A stretch of 36,542 nt of DNA. It comes from Octopus bimaculoides. Its lineage: Eukaryota. A program made the position numbers and the translations under genes. Positions 1 to 10,821 of this stretch are shown here, piece by piece (within the stretch, counting starts at the first letter, position 1; every line of letters begins with the position of its first letter). The notes beneath the pieces are model-generated. The model was given only the letters and a program-made list of their open reading frames with translations, did no database searches and had not been told where the DNA came from. The stretch spans positions 93,809,262 through 93,845,803 of the forward strand of contig NC_068984.1 in assembly GCF_001194135.2 (NCBI RefSeq), read 5' to 3'.

Positions 1-167
1 GAGGGAGAGAAAACAGATTAGTTTATCATCCTCCTAGCCCAGCCAATATGTATTCAAATTGGGAATACAATCAATCAAATACATAATATATTTTTATCAT
101 ACAATCCCAAGGTTAGGCGATCACGATATGTATACAGAAAATTTACATCAGAGAAATAAGCTAAATT

Positions 168-1629
168 AAAATCACAAGCAGGGGAGATGTTTAAAAGATT
201 TACAATAGTCTTTGAATGAAGTAAAATTAAATAGAGTAAGGTGATTTAAAACTGTTCTCAAATGAAATAAAAATAAAGCAGTTCATGAATGAAATAAAAA
301 TATAATGAAGTGAGATTGTTTCAGGGAATACGCAAAGCAAAAACTTTTCTTTCTAATTTGGTGGTCACATTTCCTTCATCAGAGATAGAATTTTTAAAGT
401 TTAGGTTTTTTTTAAGTTCAAGATTCCCTACAGGTTAAAAATTCCTCCAGTTATTCTTTAAATTAATTGAGAATAATTTTCCTTCAACACATATGTACCA
501 CTCTATCTTTAACAAATCGAGTCTGAAATTTTCTCACTCCACAGCATCAAACCTCTGATTGATTATTGCCATAAATAATATGCTTAAAATACAAAATTTG
601 ACAAATACTAATAGTAACAAAGGAAATAATAATAACGAAATGGGTGGTTTTGCAAAAAAAGTTGTGATTGTCCATCCCAAAATAATTGTCCATTAGATGG
701 TCAGTGTCTACTCAACAATGTAGCATATAAATGTGAAATGAATACTTTAAATGAAGTTAAAAAAAGTATACATTGGAAGCACTACAAATTTCAAGATTAG
801 ATATAGGGCACATATGAATTCTTTTGTTAACAAGAATACGAAAAATTCAACTGCTTTGGCCATATATATAAATAAATTAAAAGATAGTAATAGATTATAC
901 TCCCTAAAATGGTCTAACATGGGGGAGTATACTCCATATAACACCCATACAAAAACCTGTAGTCTTTGTTTGAAAGAAGCCATAAATATATTAAGAACAG
1001 ATAAAAAAACTATTGCTGAATAAGATATCCAAGGTTTTCATCTCATGTAGGCACAAGTTGCTATCAACTTACCACTTTTTTAGAAAATAAAAAAATTGGA
1101 AGAAAAAAGTGTTTTTAAATAAAATGTTTTTAAAATGCTGAGTTCCCTGATACAGATCTCCGCTCATCCTTATTCAGACATATAATTTAGTATAGATATA
1201 AATATAATCTTGTATTTCTAGTAATCATGCGACATGAAAATTTATTTTATACACACTGGACCACTTGGAATTTTCATTCTTAATTTTTCCTTTATACTCA
1301 TTCACAACTCTTCTGGCTTTTCTATATTTATTACCAAGATCACACAGCTGTTGTGGGAAAAACTCTTTTAAGAAATCTTAAACTTTAAAAAAACCTAAAC
1401 TTTAAAAATTCTATCTCTGATGAAGGAAATGTGGCTACCAAAGTAGAAAGAAAAAGTTTTTGCTTTGTGTATTCCCTGAAATGATCTCACTTCATTATAT
1501 TTTTATTTCATTCATGAACTGCTTTATTTTTATTTCATTTGAGAACAGTTTTAAATCACCTTACTCTATTTAATTTTACTTCATTCAAGGACTATTGAAA
1601 TCTTTTAATCTCTCCTGCTCATGATTTTT
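168..1629. repeat. Inverted repeat pair 168-420 / 1380-1629 (inverted pseudo-LTR)
   Basis: For example, gaatgaagtaaaattaaatagagtaaggtgatttaaaactgttctcaaatg in the left arm is the reverse complement of catttgagaacagttttaaatcaccttactctatttaattttacttcattc in the right arm. Confidence 0.9.
663..1023 (+). pseudogene. PLE GIY-YIG endonuclease domain, frameshifted
   Basis: CDCPSQNNCPLDGQCLLNNVAYKC, then after a frameshift VYIGSTTNFKIRYRAHMNSF...YSLKWS...CSLCLKEAINI. Matches the PLE CxC-CPLxGxCL / YIG / FKxRY..H pattern. Confidence 0.85.
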
Positions 1630-1761
1630 CTCTCCCTTGTTGAACTTTGATATTTGCTCAATATATTGAGCCCTTCTGTGTTAGTTCATGGAAAGAGTCA
1701 CACTCTTTTATTATTTAATATATCATTAGCTCAAATTGAGCACTACCTACAGAAATAACAC

Positions 1762-2720
1762 ATGGAGAAACAGATTCTTGGTTTATCCTTTAAAAACATC
1801 CCAATTCCTCCAAAACATGTATATATGGAAACATTATTGCAAAAGATTAATGACCTGATTAAAAGAAGGAGATGGAGAGCTTTTTATTTTGAATTGGGGA
1901 ATAAGAAATGGATCAATAGCATGAAAACTACAATCTAGAATCATACAGGAACCCTCCGCACACCCTTGAACTACTGAAATTCAAAAAGGATTTAATATTT
2001 ATGATGAAAAGGCTGAAATTCTCCAGAACAACCAATTCTTTGCAAAAAAAGACTACAGAAAATAATTTCTAATATAAAAAGCTCAGACAATCTTCATGTC
2101 TTATCTAATATAACTGGTAATCTGTTTTCTATTCTAGTTAATGTATATACTGATTTTATATGTAAAGAGTTGAATTCTAAGTATAAGATAGCACATGATA
2201 ATGATTTGAACAAGATTAATAGAGAACATTATAGACTAATAACGGACTTAAATTTACTAGATAGGATCATGCCCTATTCCCCAAAGGTCCCCCATTTCAC
2301 CTTTAAGGACCATAAGGCAAATTTTATTAGTAAACCCACGATACGTTTGATATGTCCGACTAAACTGGACTGTTGCAAAATTAGTAAATCAATCTTAGAT
2401 AGGATCCTCCCTTATGTGAAACAAAATGTGGATTTGCTTCTATGGAACAGCACTGGTGATGTAATTACATGGTTTTCTTCAACTCAAAATAAGGAGAAAA
2501 CTTATTTTATACGATTCGACATTGATAATTATTATCAGTCAGTATCTCTGAGTCTTTTAGATAAGGCATTGGCATTTGCAAATAGGTTTAAGAACAGTTC
2601 ACCTTTGGAAAGAGAGATAATCCAAAATACCAGAAAAACATTAATTTCATATAATGAAAAATATTGGACCCGGATAATTTCGATGTTACGATGGGATCCT
2701 CTGATTCTGCCCAAATCACA
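1762..2720 (+). pseudogene. PLE ORF N-terminus and reverse transcriptase, 3'-truncated, with frameshifts
   Basis: MEKQILGLSFKNIPIPPKHVYMETLLQKINDLIKRRRWRAFYF; FTFKDHKANFISKPTIRLICPTK; FIRFDIDNYYQSV; frameshifted DNFDVTMGSSDSAQIT. Ends in a (TG/TA)n tract. Confidence 0.85.
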
Positions 2721-4438
2721 TATGTGTGTATATGTGTGTGTGTACGTGTACATATATATATGCATGTATCCTTTCCTTTTCTAGTTTCTGCCTAAGAGCT
2801 GCAATCATGCTGTGCACCACCTTTTGCTTTGCTATACTTTCACTAAACCTCTTCTGATATGTGGCATTTGGTAAATGAGAGAGTTTTGATGTTGCTGCCC
2901 ACATCTGTGTCTTTTGCTGTGAGGTAGGTTCATTTGAAACTCTTGACAGGAGGGGATCCAGTTTTGTTTTTGAAGACACCTACATCCATCCTGTGGAGGT
3001 CTCCCAGGCTTTTTGGAAGGATATTGAAGAGTTGTGGGCACTTGAAACCAAAGCTGTTGCAGTACTTGGTCCTGTATCCTGATGGTAATGTTCGTATTTT
3101 TGGTACTATACAGTGGTGCCTTGTTCTGCTGTTTGTATAACTTTCAATGACCAAGTTCTAGGATTTTCCAGATGTATATCACTGCATATCTTACCCATCT
3201 TCATTATAGGGAGTAGAGTCTTAACTTTTTTAGTCTCTCCCTGTACCTGACATGTTGCATTGAGATGGTGTTCTTTGTGTAGCTTCATTGAATTACTCTG
3301 AGTCCCACTGTTAATTTTAGAGTGTATGGTGACCATTATTGGGAGCTGTAATCTAAATGGGTGAAGATGAATATCCTCATGATGACCATCATGGTTTCCT
3401 GTTCTCTCATCTTGAATGTTTTAAAAAGCCATCTAGCCAACCATCTGCATTTTATTGCCAACTTAGTAATATGCACCTGGAAAGATGCATCATTACTCAT
3501 TTCAAAGTTCTGTACCCTCTGAGAGACTTATATCATCTGTATAGCTAGCAAGGGTGGCTATTTGAGCAGCTGAAGGCATGTCTGAGAGGACCACTATAAA
3601 TAGCAGTGGCTTGAAATAGCCCCATTAGTCACTGCTATCTGACTTCTATCTTTTAGAAAATCATGTAGCCACTCTCCAAGTTTTCTGATTATGTAGCTTG
3701 TGACATATCACACTATGGTTGACATGGTTGACTTGCTAAGGATTTTGCAAAGTCAAGTTATGCTCTATCCACATTTGAATTGTTGAGCAGCTGCTTTTAC
3801 ACCCAGTTGTAGTGCTGCAAGAGCTGTGTTAGGCAACAGTCAGTAAGTCATTCTCTTCAAGGAATGCAATTAGTTTCCTTTGGAGTATTTATTCCATGAC
3901 TTTGCTGATGTGTGAGGTCAGAGGGGTACACCTATAGTTTTTAGTATCTGCTCTACTTCTAGTGTGGTCCTACCCTTTAATACATGGAGGAATTTTCCTT
4001 TTTGGCATACTTTAAGAAGGGTTTAATTTTATATTTTTTACAACCCAGGCTTCTTTGTTTACTCTTTTTCTTTCATGGTAGCATTTCAGATGTTTCTCAA
4101 TCTCCAGCAGTGTTGATTCCAGATGAGAATTTTCACTATCATTGAGTTCTCTGTTGAGACAGTTTGCAATCTTTGTACACCGTCTTGTAAGAACTTTTAT
4201 CTCCCTGGGAATCTTCTTCGTGTGCAGTGGCCTTTCTCTCTGGGACAATCTCGTAGCATATGATTTGCGTTACAGACATGAATTCTTTGAATTTCATGTT
4301 GGTGTTAGGTATTGAGACCAGTCTTGTTTGATGATCTCCTTCTCAATGGATTTCCAATATGCTTTATGGAAGTTCAGCTTGGATAGATTTTGGGTGTTTC
4401 TCATAAACTGCATGTCTGTGGGTTCCTTCGATCCATAC

Positions 4439-4575
4439 ATGTTTACAAGGGGGAGACAAGCACCTCCACCCAGCTAAGCCTGCATCCAGAGATGTGCTTG
4501 TGAGTCTTTGCTCATCAGTCTGGAGTAGTATGACCTGCTAGTTGAAGATGCCTGTCAAGCTCTTGTAAACATATA
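4439..4575 (-). repeat. Solo fragment of the HHR-bearing repeat (family 1)
   Basis: Nearly colinear with 4953-5092. Bounded by the inverted repeat ATGTTTACAAG / CTTGTAAACAT. Confidence 0.9.
4485..4524 (-). ncRNA. Degenerate type I hammerhead ribozyme (family 1, copy A)
   Basis: Minus strand reads TCCAGA-CTGATGA-gcaaagactca-caagc-acatc-TCTGGA. Helix I and CUGAUGA are intact; GAAA and helix III are damaged. Confidence 0.5.
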
Positions 4576-4838
4576 TTCTGATCTAAGACTAGCGTCGGTG
4601 TCACTTTCACATTATGGATGAGATCTATATTGTTTGTGAAGCAGTGATCAAGTACAATCGTACCTTGACTTATGAATTTAATTTGTTCCATGACAGAGCT
4701 CGTAACTCAAATTACTCGTATGTTAAATCAAATTTCCCCATTAAAATGAATTGAAATGCTATTAATCTGTTCTGGGTCCCCCAAAAAACACCACAATTTT
4801 TTTTGTTGCAATTTTTTTTTTTAAATAAGAAAAATGTA

Positions 4839-5392
4839 GTTGTATGCTGTCAACTTAATGCGACAGTCCCCTGAAGGGAATAATACTACTGTTGGTTAGA
4901 CCTAGGAAGCTGCACCGCTTCCTGTCAGCCTTGACACATTTCCTGTGTCCTTATGTTTACAAGGGGGAGACAAGCACCACCACCCAGCTAAGCCTGCATC
5001 CAGAGACATGTTTGTGAGTCTTTGCTTGTCATCAGTCTGGAGTAGCATGACCTGCTAATCGAAGATGCCTGTCAAGCTCTTGTAAACATATAATAATTCT
5101 AGTGAAATACATTCACTGATTTCAAACATAAGGACACAGGAAATGTGTCAAGGCCAACAGGAAGCAGTGCAACTTCCTAGGTCTAACCAACAGTAGTATT
5201 ATTCCCTTCAGGGGACTGTCACATTAAGTTAACAGCATACAACTACTTCATCGTATCACTACTGCATAAATCTCTCTGAGTGATTTAGAAATGTATTATT
5301 TCTAAATTTGAAATCAGTGAATGTATTTCACTAGAATTATTATATGTTTACAAGAGCTTGACAGGCATCTTCAACTAGCAGGTCATGCTACT
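4839..5392. mobile_element. HHR repeat array (family 1), left part: inverted partial monomer 4839-5126 (-), then direct monomer 5124-5392 (+)
   Basis: 5124-5248 is the reverse complement of ~4837-4959, and 5297-5391 is the reverse complement of ~5042-5126. The left TSD is aagaaaaatgta (4827-4838). Confidence 0.9.
4999..5041 (-). ncRNA. Type I hammerhead ribozyme (family 1, copy B)
   Basis: Minus strand reads TCCAGA-CTGATGA-caag caaaga ctca-CAAA-CATGT-C-TCTGGA. Helix I is 6 bp, helix III is the palindrome ACATGT, and the cleavage triplet is GUC. G12 is replaced by C. Confidence 0.65.
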
Positions 5393-5605
5393 TCTGTTTT
5401 GTTGCTACTTCCACATTTAGTGAGTTATTTCTGTCTATTATTATTGTTACTTTTATGTTGATAATTATTGATACTTGTTTTACGTTAATTTGCGCTCTGC
5501 GGGGCAAAAATTGTTTTTTCTGCTCTCTTTGTAAAGAAATTGCGAACTGTTTTTCTGTGTTCCGGTGAAAGGAAAATTTATTTTCTTATCAACAAAACTT
5601 TCAAT

Positions 5606-6971
5606 ATGGAGGATGAAATGGCGATGCGCCTAGATTTTTTATTGTGTAATGAGGACTTCCCAATTCTACAAGAAGAAAATGTACAAGTATTACAAGGTAT
5701 ACAAGGTAACCAACAAGTAACCCAGGAAATTAAAAAGGTGAACAGTTTTTCTGCCGCTGTTGGCAGACAATTTGAAGAGATTGAAGTATTACCTGAACAG
5801 TTGTTCAAATATAGAAATTTAATAAAGCAGACCGACAATGAAACAGAAACCATACAAGAGTTGGCGGTAAAAACTGTTATATATAAAGTATACAACCGCA
5901 AGGAGAAACGGATAATGATGATGAAGACAGATACAATTGAAAAGTGCCTTGCCCCTGTGTGGGAAAAAATCAAATATGTAGGAAGAAGGCCACAAAATGC
6001 TACAGTAGAGGCTCAATTTGAAAACGCCGAAGTAGCAAAGGAGATATCAATGCTAACTCTAAAGACGAACAGGATAATGTTATTACCCACGTACTTTGAC
6101 CGGAGAATTACAATAGAGGATATTCCGGCCGAGTATGACGTGTATTGGATGGTAGCAGCACTAATATACGATGTGGAAGAACAAGTCAGATGCACTCAAT
6201 TGGAAGGGGCAAACTCTAGAACTCTTAGTCTAAGCTTCCAATGAAATCCTAGAAACCAGACCAGACAGGATTTTCATAGGGGAGGGACTCAGTGCAAGAG
6301 TGTCGGTGGAGGGACGGAGGCCCAGATGTTTCAAATGTGGTGAAAAGGGCCACGTCTGCTCCGAATGCGAGAAAGTAAAAAAAACCGACACAAAAAAAAA
6401 AGTAGAAGTCCCTCCCCAAAAGGAGGAAAAAATACCAGACAAATCTCAACAGAAAAAAGATGACAACCAAGGAAAAAAGAAAATGCCGGAAAACACAATA
6501 GAAAAAGAAAAAAGCGAAGAAGAAATGGAGTTCCAAGTAGTATCAAATAAAAGGAAAAGACCCCTTAGCCCAGACTCCCCTCCCCCTTCAAGAAAAAAAT
6601 ACAAAACGCAAAACACAAAAAAAATACCCCCGCCACTCCCAAATTGAAACCCGCCCCTAAACCTCCACAAGAAAGAATTGTTTCGTACAATTCGAAAAAT
6701 GAAGTGTTACACGGATTAATTACGAAAAAAAAACTATACGGTGTTGGGACCTATTGTAGGTAAACCGCCACACATATGGTTGGCAAGGATCAGTGTAGAA
6801 CATTATGAACAGTTCAAACAATGATATACAGAAGATATCTATGACATGAGTGAGTTTATCGTAAAAGAAAAAATTGTACTAACACCAATGGCTACACCAG
6901 TCATAGACGATACAGGAGGAGGGGACGATGAAAGTCGTGAAGCCCCTCCTGCAAATTTAAAGGTAAATTAA
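5606..6971 (+). pseudogene. Tx1/L1 ORF1 (gag-like), broken by a stop and frameshifts
   Basis: MEDEMAMRLDF...; stop at 6242-6244; RCFKCGEKGHVCSEC zinc knuckle; K/E-rich linker and FQVVSNKRKR basic motif; probable frameshifted tail ending at TAA 6969-6971. Confidence 0.75.
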
Positions 6972-7185
6972 CTGCTTTTTATCATGGAAGTTAAGTTAGG
7001 GTGTATAAATGTACGTGGCCTGGGGTCAAAATGGAAGCAGACATGCCTCCTAGACGACCTCAGGTCGTGAAAGATAGATATATGCGTTGTGACTGAGTCC
7101 AAGCTGAATNNNNNNNNNNNNNNNNNNNNNNNNNNNNNNNNNNNNNNNNNNNNNNNNNNNNNNNNNNNNNNNNNNNCTTTTTATC

Positions 7186-10100
7186 ATGGAAGTTAAGTTA
7201 GGGTGTATAAATGTACGTGGCCTGGGGTCAAAATGGAAGCAGACATGCCTCCTAGACGACCTCAGGTCGTGAAAGATAGATATATGCGTTGTGACTGAGT
7301 CCAAGCTGAATGGCCCACTGTCGTTCTCGCCTCTTCTGAACGACTACGAGAAATTTATTTCTCCGAGTCAAGGAAGGAGTGGGGGCGTTGTGGTACTGTT
7401 CAAAAAAAGCTTGGACGTACAGGTAAGTACAGTCTTTCTAGACCCAGAAGGTAGGTTGGTCATTCTAGATGTGACACACATGAGTAAGCAGTCTTTCAGG
7501 TTAGTAGCACTCTATGCTTCACAAGAGAATAGACAGATGGTTTTCTTTCGAGACTTGGAAAATTTTCTAGTGACATCAAAAACTTTAGTTTTAACAGGAG
7601 ACTTTAACACTATTCTCAACGTGCGAGCGGATGGTGGTGACTCGACCAACAGAAGAGAAAGCCCTGGCCTAAAAAGGTTACTAGCAAGCTATAAACTAGT
7701 AGACCGCTACAGACTAGATGAACCGCTCATTCCACAGTGGACGTGGTCTAATAGCGATGGTTCACAAAGGTCTTACTTAGATAGGGTTATTATAAAAGAT
7801 AGTGATAGAGATATAGTTAGTTGTCCACAATTTCACTGTACCTCTTACACGGATCACAAATTTGTGACGTGTGAAATACAGTTAGCTAAGTGTCATAGAC
7901 AGGGACGCGGTTACTGGAAGATGAACAAGTCTATTTTGACTAGTGAAGTCTTCCGTGCTCGGGTTAAGGAGTTAGTGCAGAGGGCATTATGCGGAGCCAT
8001 CGTTAATAACAGATGGTGGTGCACCCTCAAAAGAGCCATACGTTTAGAGGGATCTAGAGTAGAAGGACAATTAACTAAGGAGTTAGAGGAGGCCATAGCA
8101 TCAGGCTCTGCATTCAGAGTGTTGGCGGCGAGATCAGTGTTATTCCGTCACCTCCAAGCCAAACACGAAGGTAGTAGAGTCAGGGCTAAGTTACGCACGG
8201 TAGGCAGAGAAGGTATTAACGTTGCCGGATGGGCCCGTCATGTGGAGAGTCGGAGAGGCAGAGAAGCTGCTGTACAGTCTTTAATTGACGAACAGGGGTG
8301 CCGGATCGAAGGACAGGAGGAGATGCAGAAGGCCTTTCATCAGNNNNNNNNNNNNNNNNNNNNNNNNNNNNNNNNNNNNNNNNNNNNNNNNNNNNNNNNN
8401 NNNNNNNNNNNNNNNNNNNNNNNNNNNNNNNNNNNNNNNNNNNNNNNNNNNNNNNNNNNNNNNNNNNNNNNNNNNNNNNNNNNNNNNNNNNNNNNNNNNN
8501 NNNNNNNNNNNNNNNNNNNNNNNNNNNNNNNNNNNNNNNNNNNNNNNNNNNNNNNNNNNNNNNNNNNNNNNNNNNNNNNNNNNNNNNNNNNNNNNNNNNN
8601 NNNNNNNNNNNNNNNNNNNNNNNNNNNNNNNNNNNNNNNNNNNNNNNNNNNNNNNNNNNNNNNNNNNNNNNNNNNNNNNNNNNNNNNNNNNNNNNNNNNN
8701 NNNNNNNNNNNNNNNNNNNNNNNNNNNNNNNNNNNNNNNNNNNNNNNNNNNNNNNNNNNNNNNNNNNNNNNNNNNNNNNNNNNNNNNNNNNNNNNNNNNN
8801 NNNNNNNNNNNNNNNNNNNNNNNNNNNNNNNNNNNNNNNNNNNNNNNNNNNNNNNNNNNNNNNNNNNNNNNNNNNNNNNNNNNNNNNNNNNNNNNNNNNN
8901 NNNNNNNNNNNNNNNNNNNNNNNNNNNNNNNNNNNNNNNNNNNNNNNNNNNNNNNNNNNNNNNNNNNNNNNNNNNNNNNNNNNNNNNNNCGATCCAGGAC
9001 AATCATCATCTCTTACACTACACCTTAGACAGGGTGGGTAAAGTTTCCGGTAAAGGTGGGGCATTGGTCCATTTAGACCAAAGTAAGGCCTTTGATAGGG
9101 TTGACCATCGGTACCTGGCAGCAGTCCTTGAGGCGGCTGGGCTAGGCCCGGATTTCCGCAGTTGGATCAAGGCCATTTATGGTGGCATCAAATCCGCGGT
9201 TCAGTTGAACGGTTAGCTGTCGGAGCCGTTCGAGATCAGGTGTTCAGTCCATCAAGGGTGCCCCCTGTCTCCGCTTCTGTATGTACTGTCTCATGAGCCA
9301 TTGCTGCGGAAGTTGGAGAAGTTGGAAAGCACCACTAATGAAATTGGATGTGGTAAAGGTGTCTCGGCGTATGCGAATGACGTCACCATCACAGTATCAA
9401 AGATGACTCAGCTACCTCGCATAGCAGAGGCAATCAGAAGATACGAGACGGTGGCAGGGGCAAAAGTTTACAAAGACAAGTCTGTTGGTTTGCGACTCGG
9501 CACCTGGAGCAGCAAGCCGATAACATCCAGTGTTGTAGGACACTGGACGGATGGTCCTGTTAAGTTGCTTGGAGTTTGGTTTGGTCCGGACTCCCAGATG
9601 GAGAAAAATTGGAGTGAGGTGATGGACAGGGTAGAAGCACTAACCCGGACCTGGTCCAGTAGGGCGCTGTCTCTGAAAGGAAGGGCGGAGGTGGTGCAGA
9701 CGTTTATTGCGTCAGTTATCACCTACCGCCTGACCGTCGTCCCTTGCCCCGATTTGTGGCTAAATAAGCTGGTTCAGATTCTCTTCCGCTTTTNNNNNNN
9801 NNNNNNNNNNNNNNNNNNNNNNNNNNNNNNNNNNNNNNNNNNNNNNNNNNNNNNNNNNNNNNNNNNNNNNNNNNNNNNNNNNNNNNNNNNNNNNNNNNNN
9901 NNNNNNNNNNNNNNNNNNNNNNNNNNNNNNNNNNNNNNNNNNNNNNNNNNNNNNNNNNNNNNNNNNNNNNNNNNNNNNNNNNNNNNNNNNNNNNNNNNNN
10001 NNNNNNNNNNNNNNNNNNNNNNNNNNNNNNNNNNNNNNNNNNNNNNNNNNNNNNNNNNNNNNNNNNNNNNNNNNNNNNNNNNNNNNNNNNNNNNNNNNNN

Positions 10101-10684
10101 NNAGGGCGGGGTATTTGGATAATTACCAAAGATCCCTGACTTGGCAGTGTTTCAGGAATGCGTTACCTGTCCACAAGAAATTGTCCAGGCACGGGATTTC
10201 AGTGCCACCCGAATGTCCAAGATGCGGGCAGGAGAAGGAAACTATCCTGCACGCTCTTGTTCAGTGCACCCATCTTTCGGACATGACAGTTTATGTTGAA
10301 CACATGCTGTCACACCTAGGAAGAGTACAGCTATCGGCTGAGTCTGTGATTAAGAATGCACCGCCCACCGGACTACCTAAGGAAGGTGAGGCTTGTTTTC
10401 TATGTACAGTCACAGTTATGAAAGAGTGTGCATGGAGAACTCGAATGCAAGGTATGAAGACAGGAACCTTCATCTCCGGCTCTGGAATGCTGTACTATTT
10501 CAGATATCACCTGAAAAGCAAGATAGGGCTGGAGAGAAGGCACCTGTCTAGAATAGTATATGAGGAAAGATGGAAGAAAGTTAGGAGTGAGTGGCCCTAC
10601 TTAATCTTTCCAGATAAAAATCCAAAGGTGAAGACTGGTGTACCTGAAATTAAGTGTAAACTAATGGAAATATTCCAAGTTTAA
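7186..10684 (+). pseudogene. Tx1/L1 ORF2 (APE endonuclease, RT, zinc finger) with in-frame stops and two N gaps
   Basis: LGCINVRGL, TGDFNTIL, SYLDRVII, YTDHKFV, GYWKMNKSIL, LDQSKAFDRVDH, QGCPLSPLLY, YAND (YADD mutated, 9370-9381) and CPRCGQEKETILHALVQC. Stops at TGA 7270-7272 and TAG 9214-9216. Confidence 0.92.
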
Positions 10685-10821
10685 AAATTTTTTAATATAT
10701 TTTTAACATATTTTCTTTAAAAAAATTTTTTAAATGACTCACTAAATGACAATTCTTAAATGTCTGTAGTGTCCTGTATTGTCCCCTCTATGTAAAATAT
10801 ATTTATCGTAATAAAGAGAAT

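Larger units (their letters stand above)
168..2720 (+). mobile_element. Penelope-like element (PLE) in partial-tandem layout: inverted terminal segment, GIY-YIG 3' end, 3' UTR, then N-terminus and RT of the next unit; decayed
   Basis: GIY-YIG motifs at 663-1023, RT motifs at 1762-2720, and a ~250-bp inverted repeat (168-420 vs 1380-1629). This layout is typical of PLE insertions. Confidence 0.85.
2790..4652 (-). mobile_element. CR1-like LINE ORF2 remnant (end of endonuclease, linker, RT, 3' end), interrupted at 4439-4575
   Basis: Minus-strand peptides LDHCFTNNIDLIHNVKV, LSKLNFHKAYWKSIEKEII, LTSHISKVM, WLHDFLKDR and HCIVPKI...FGFKCPQLFNILPKSL...KLDPLLSRV. Many stops and indels. Confidence 0.8.
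5393..10821 (+). mobile_element. Tx1/L1-clade LINE, apparently full length and inactivated, with a 13-bp TSD
   Basis: TSD AGGTCATGCTACT at 5380-5392 and 10822-10834. ORF1 has a CCHC knuckle; ORF2 has APE, RT and a C-terminal zinc motif. AATAAA at 10810-10815. Confidence 0.9.

Noticed and set aside
6975-7311. Exact 135-bp direct repeat of the Tx1 ORF2 start on both sides of an N gap (6975-7109 / 7177-7311)
   Set aside because: Identical sequence flanking a scaffold gap, including the same stop codon, is typical of unmerged overlapping contig ends. Most likely an assembly artifact.
8216-9064. Long ORFs in several frames spanning N runs (also 9719-10129, 11928-12218, 17891-18493, 20597-21078, 33680-34195)
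   Set aside because: They are open only because N codons are not stops, or because they run through (TA)n/(TG)n tracts.
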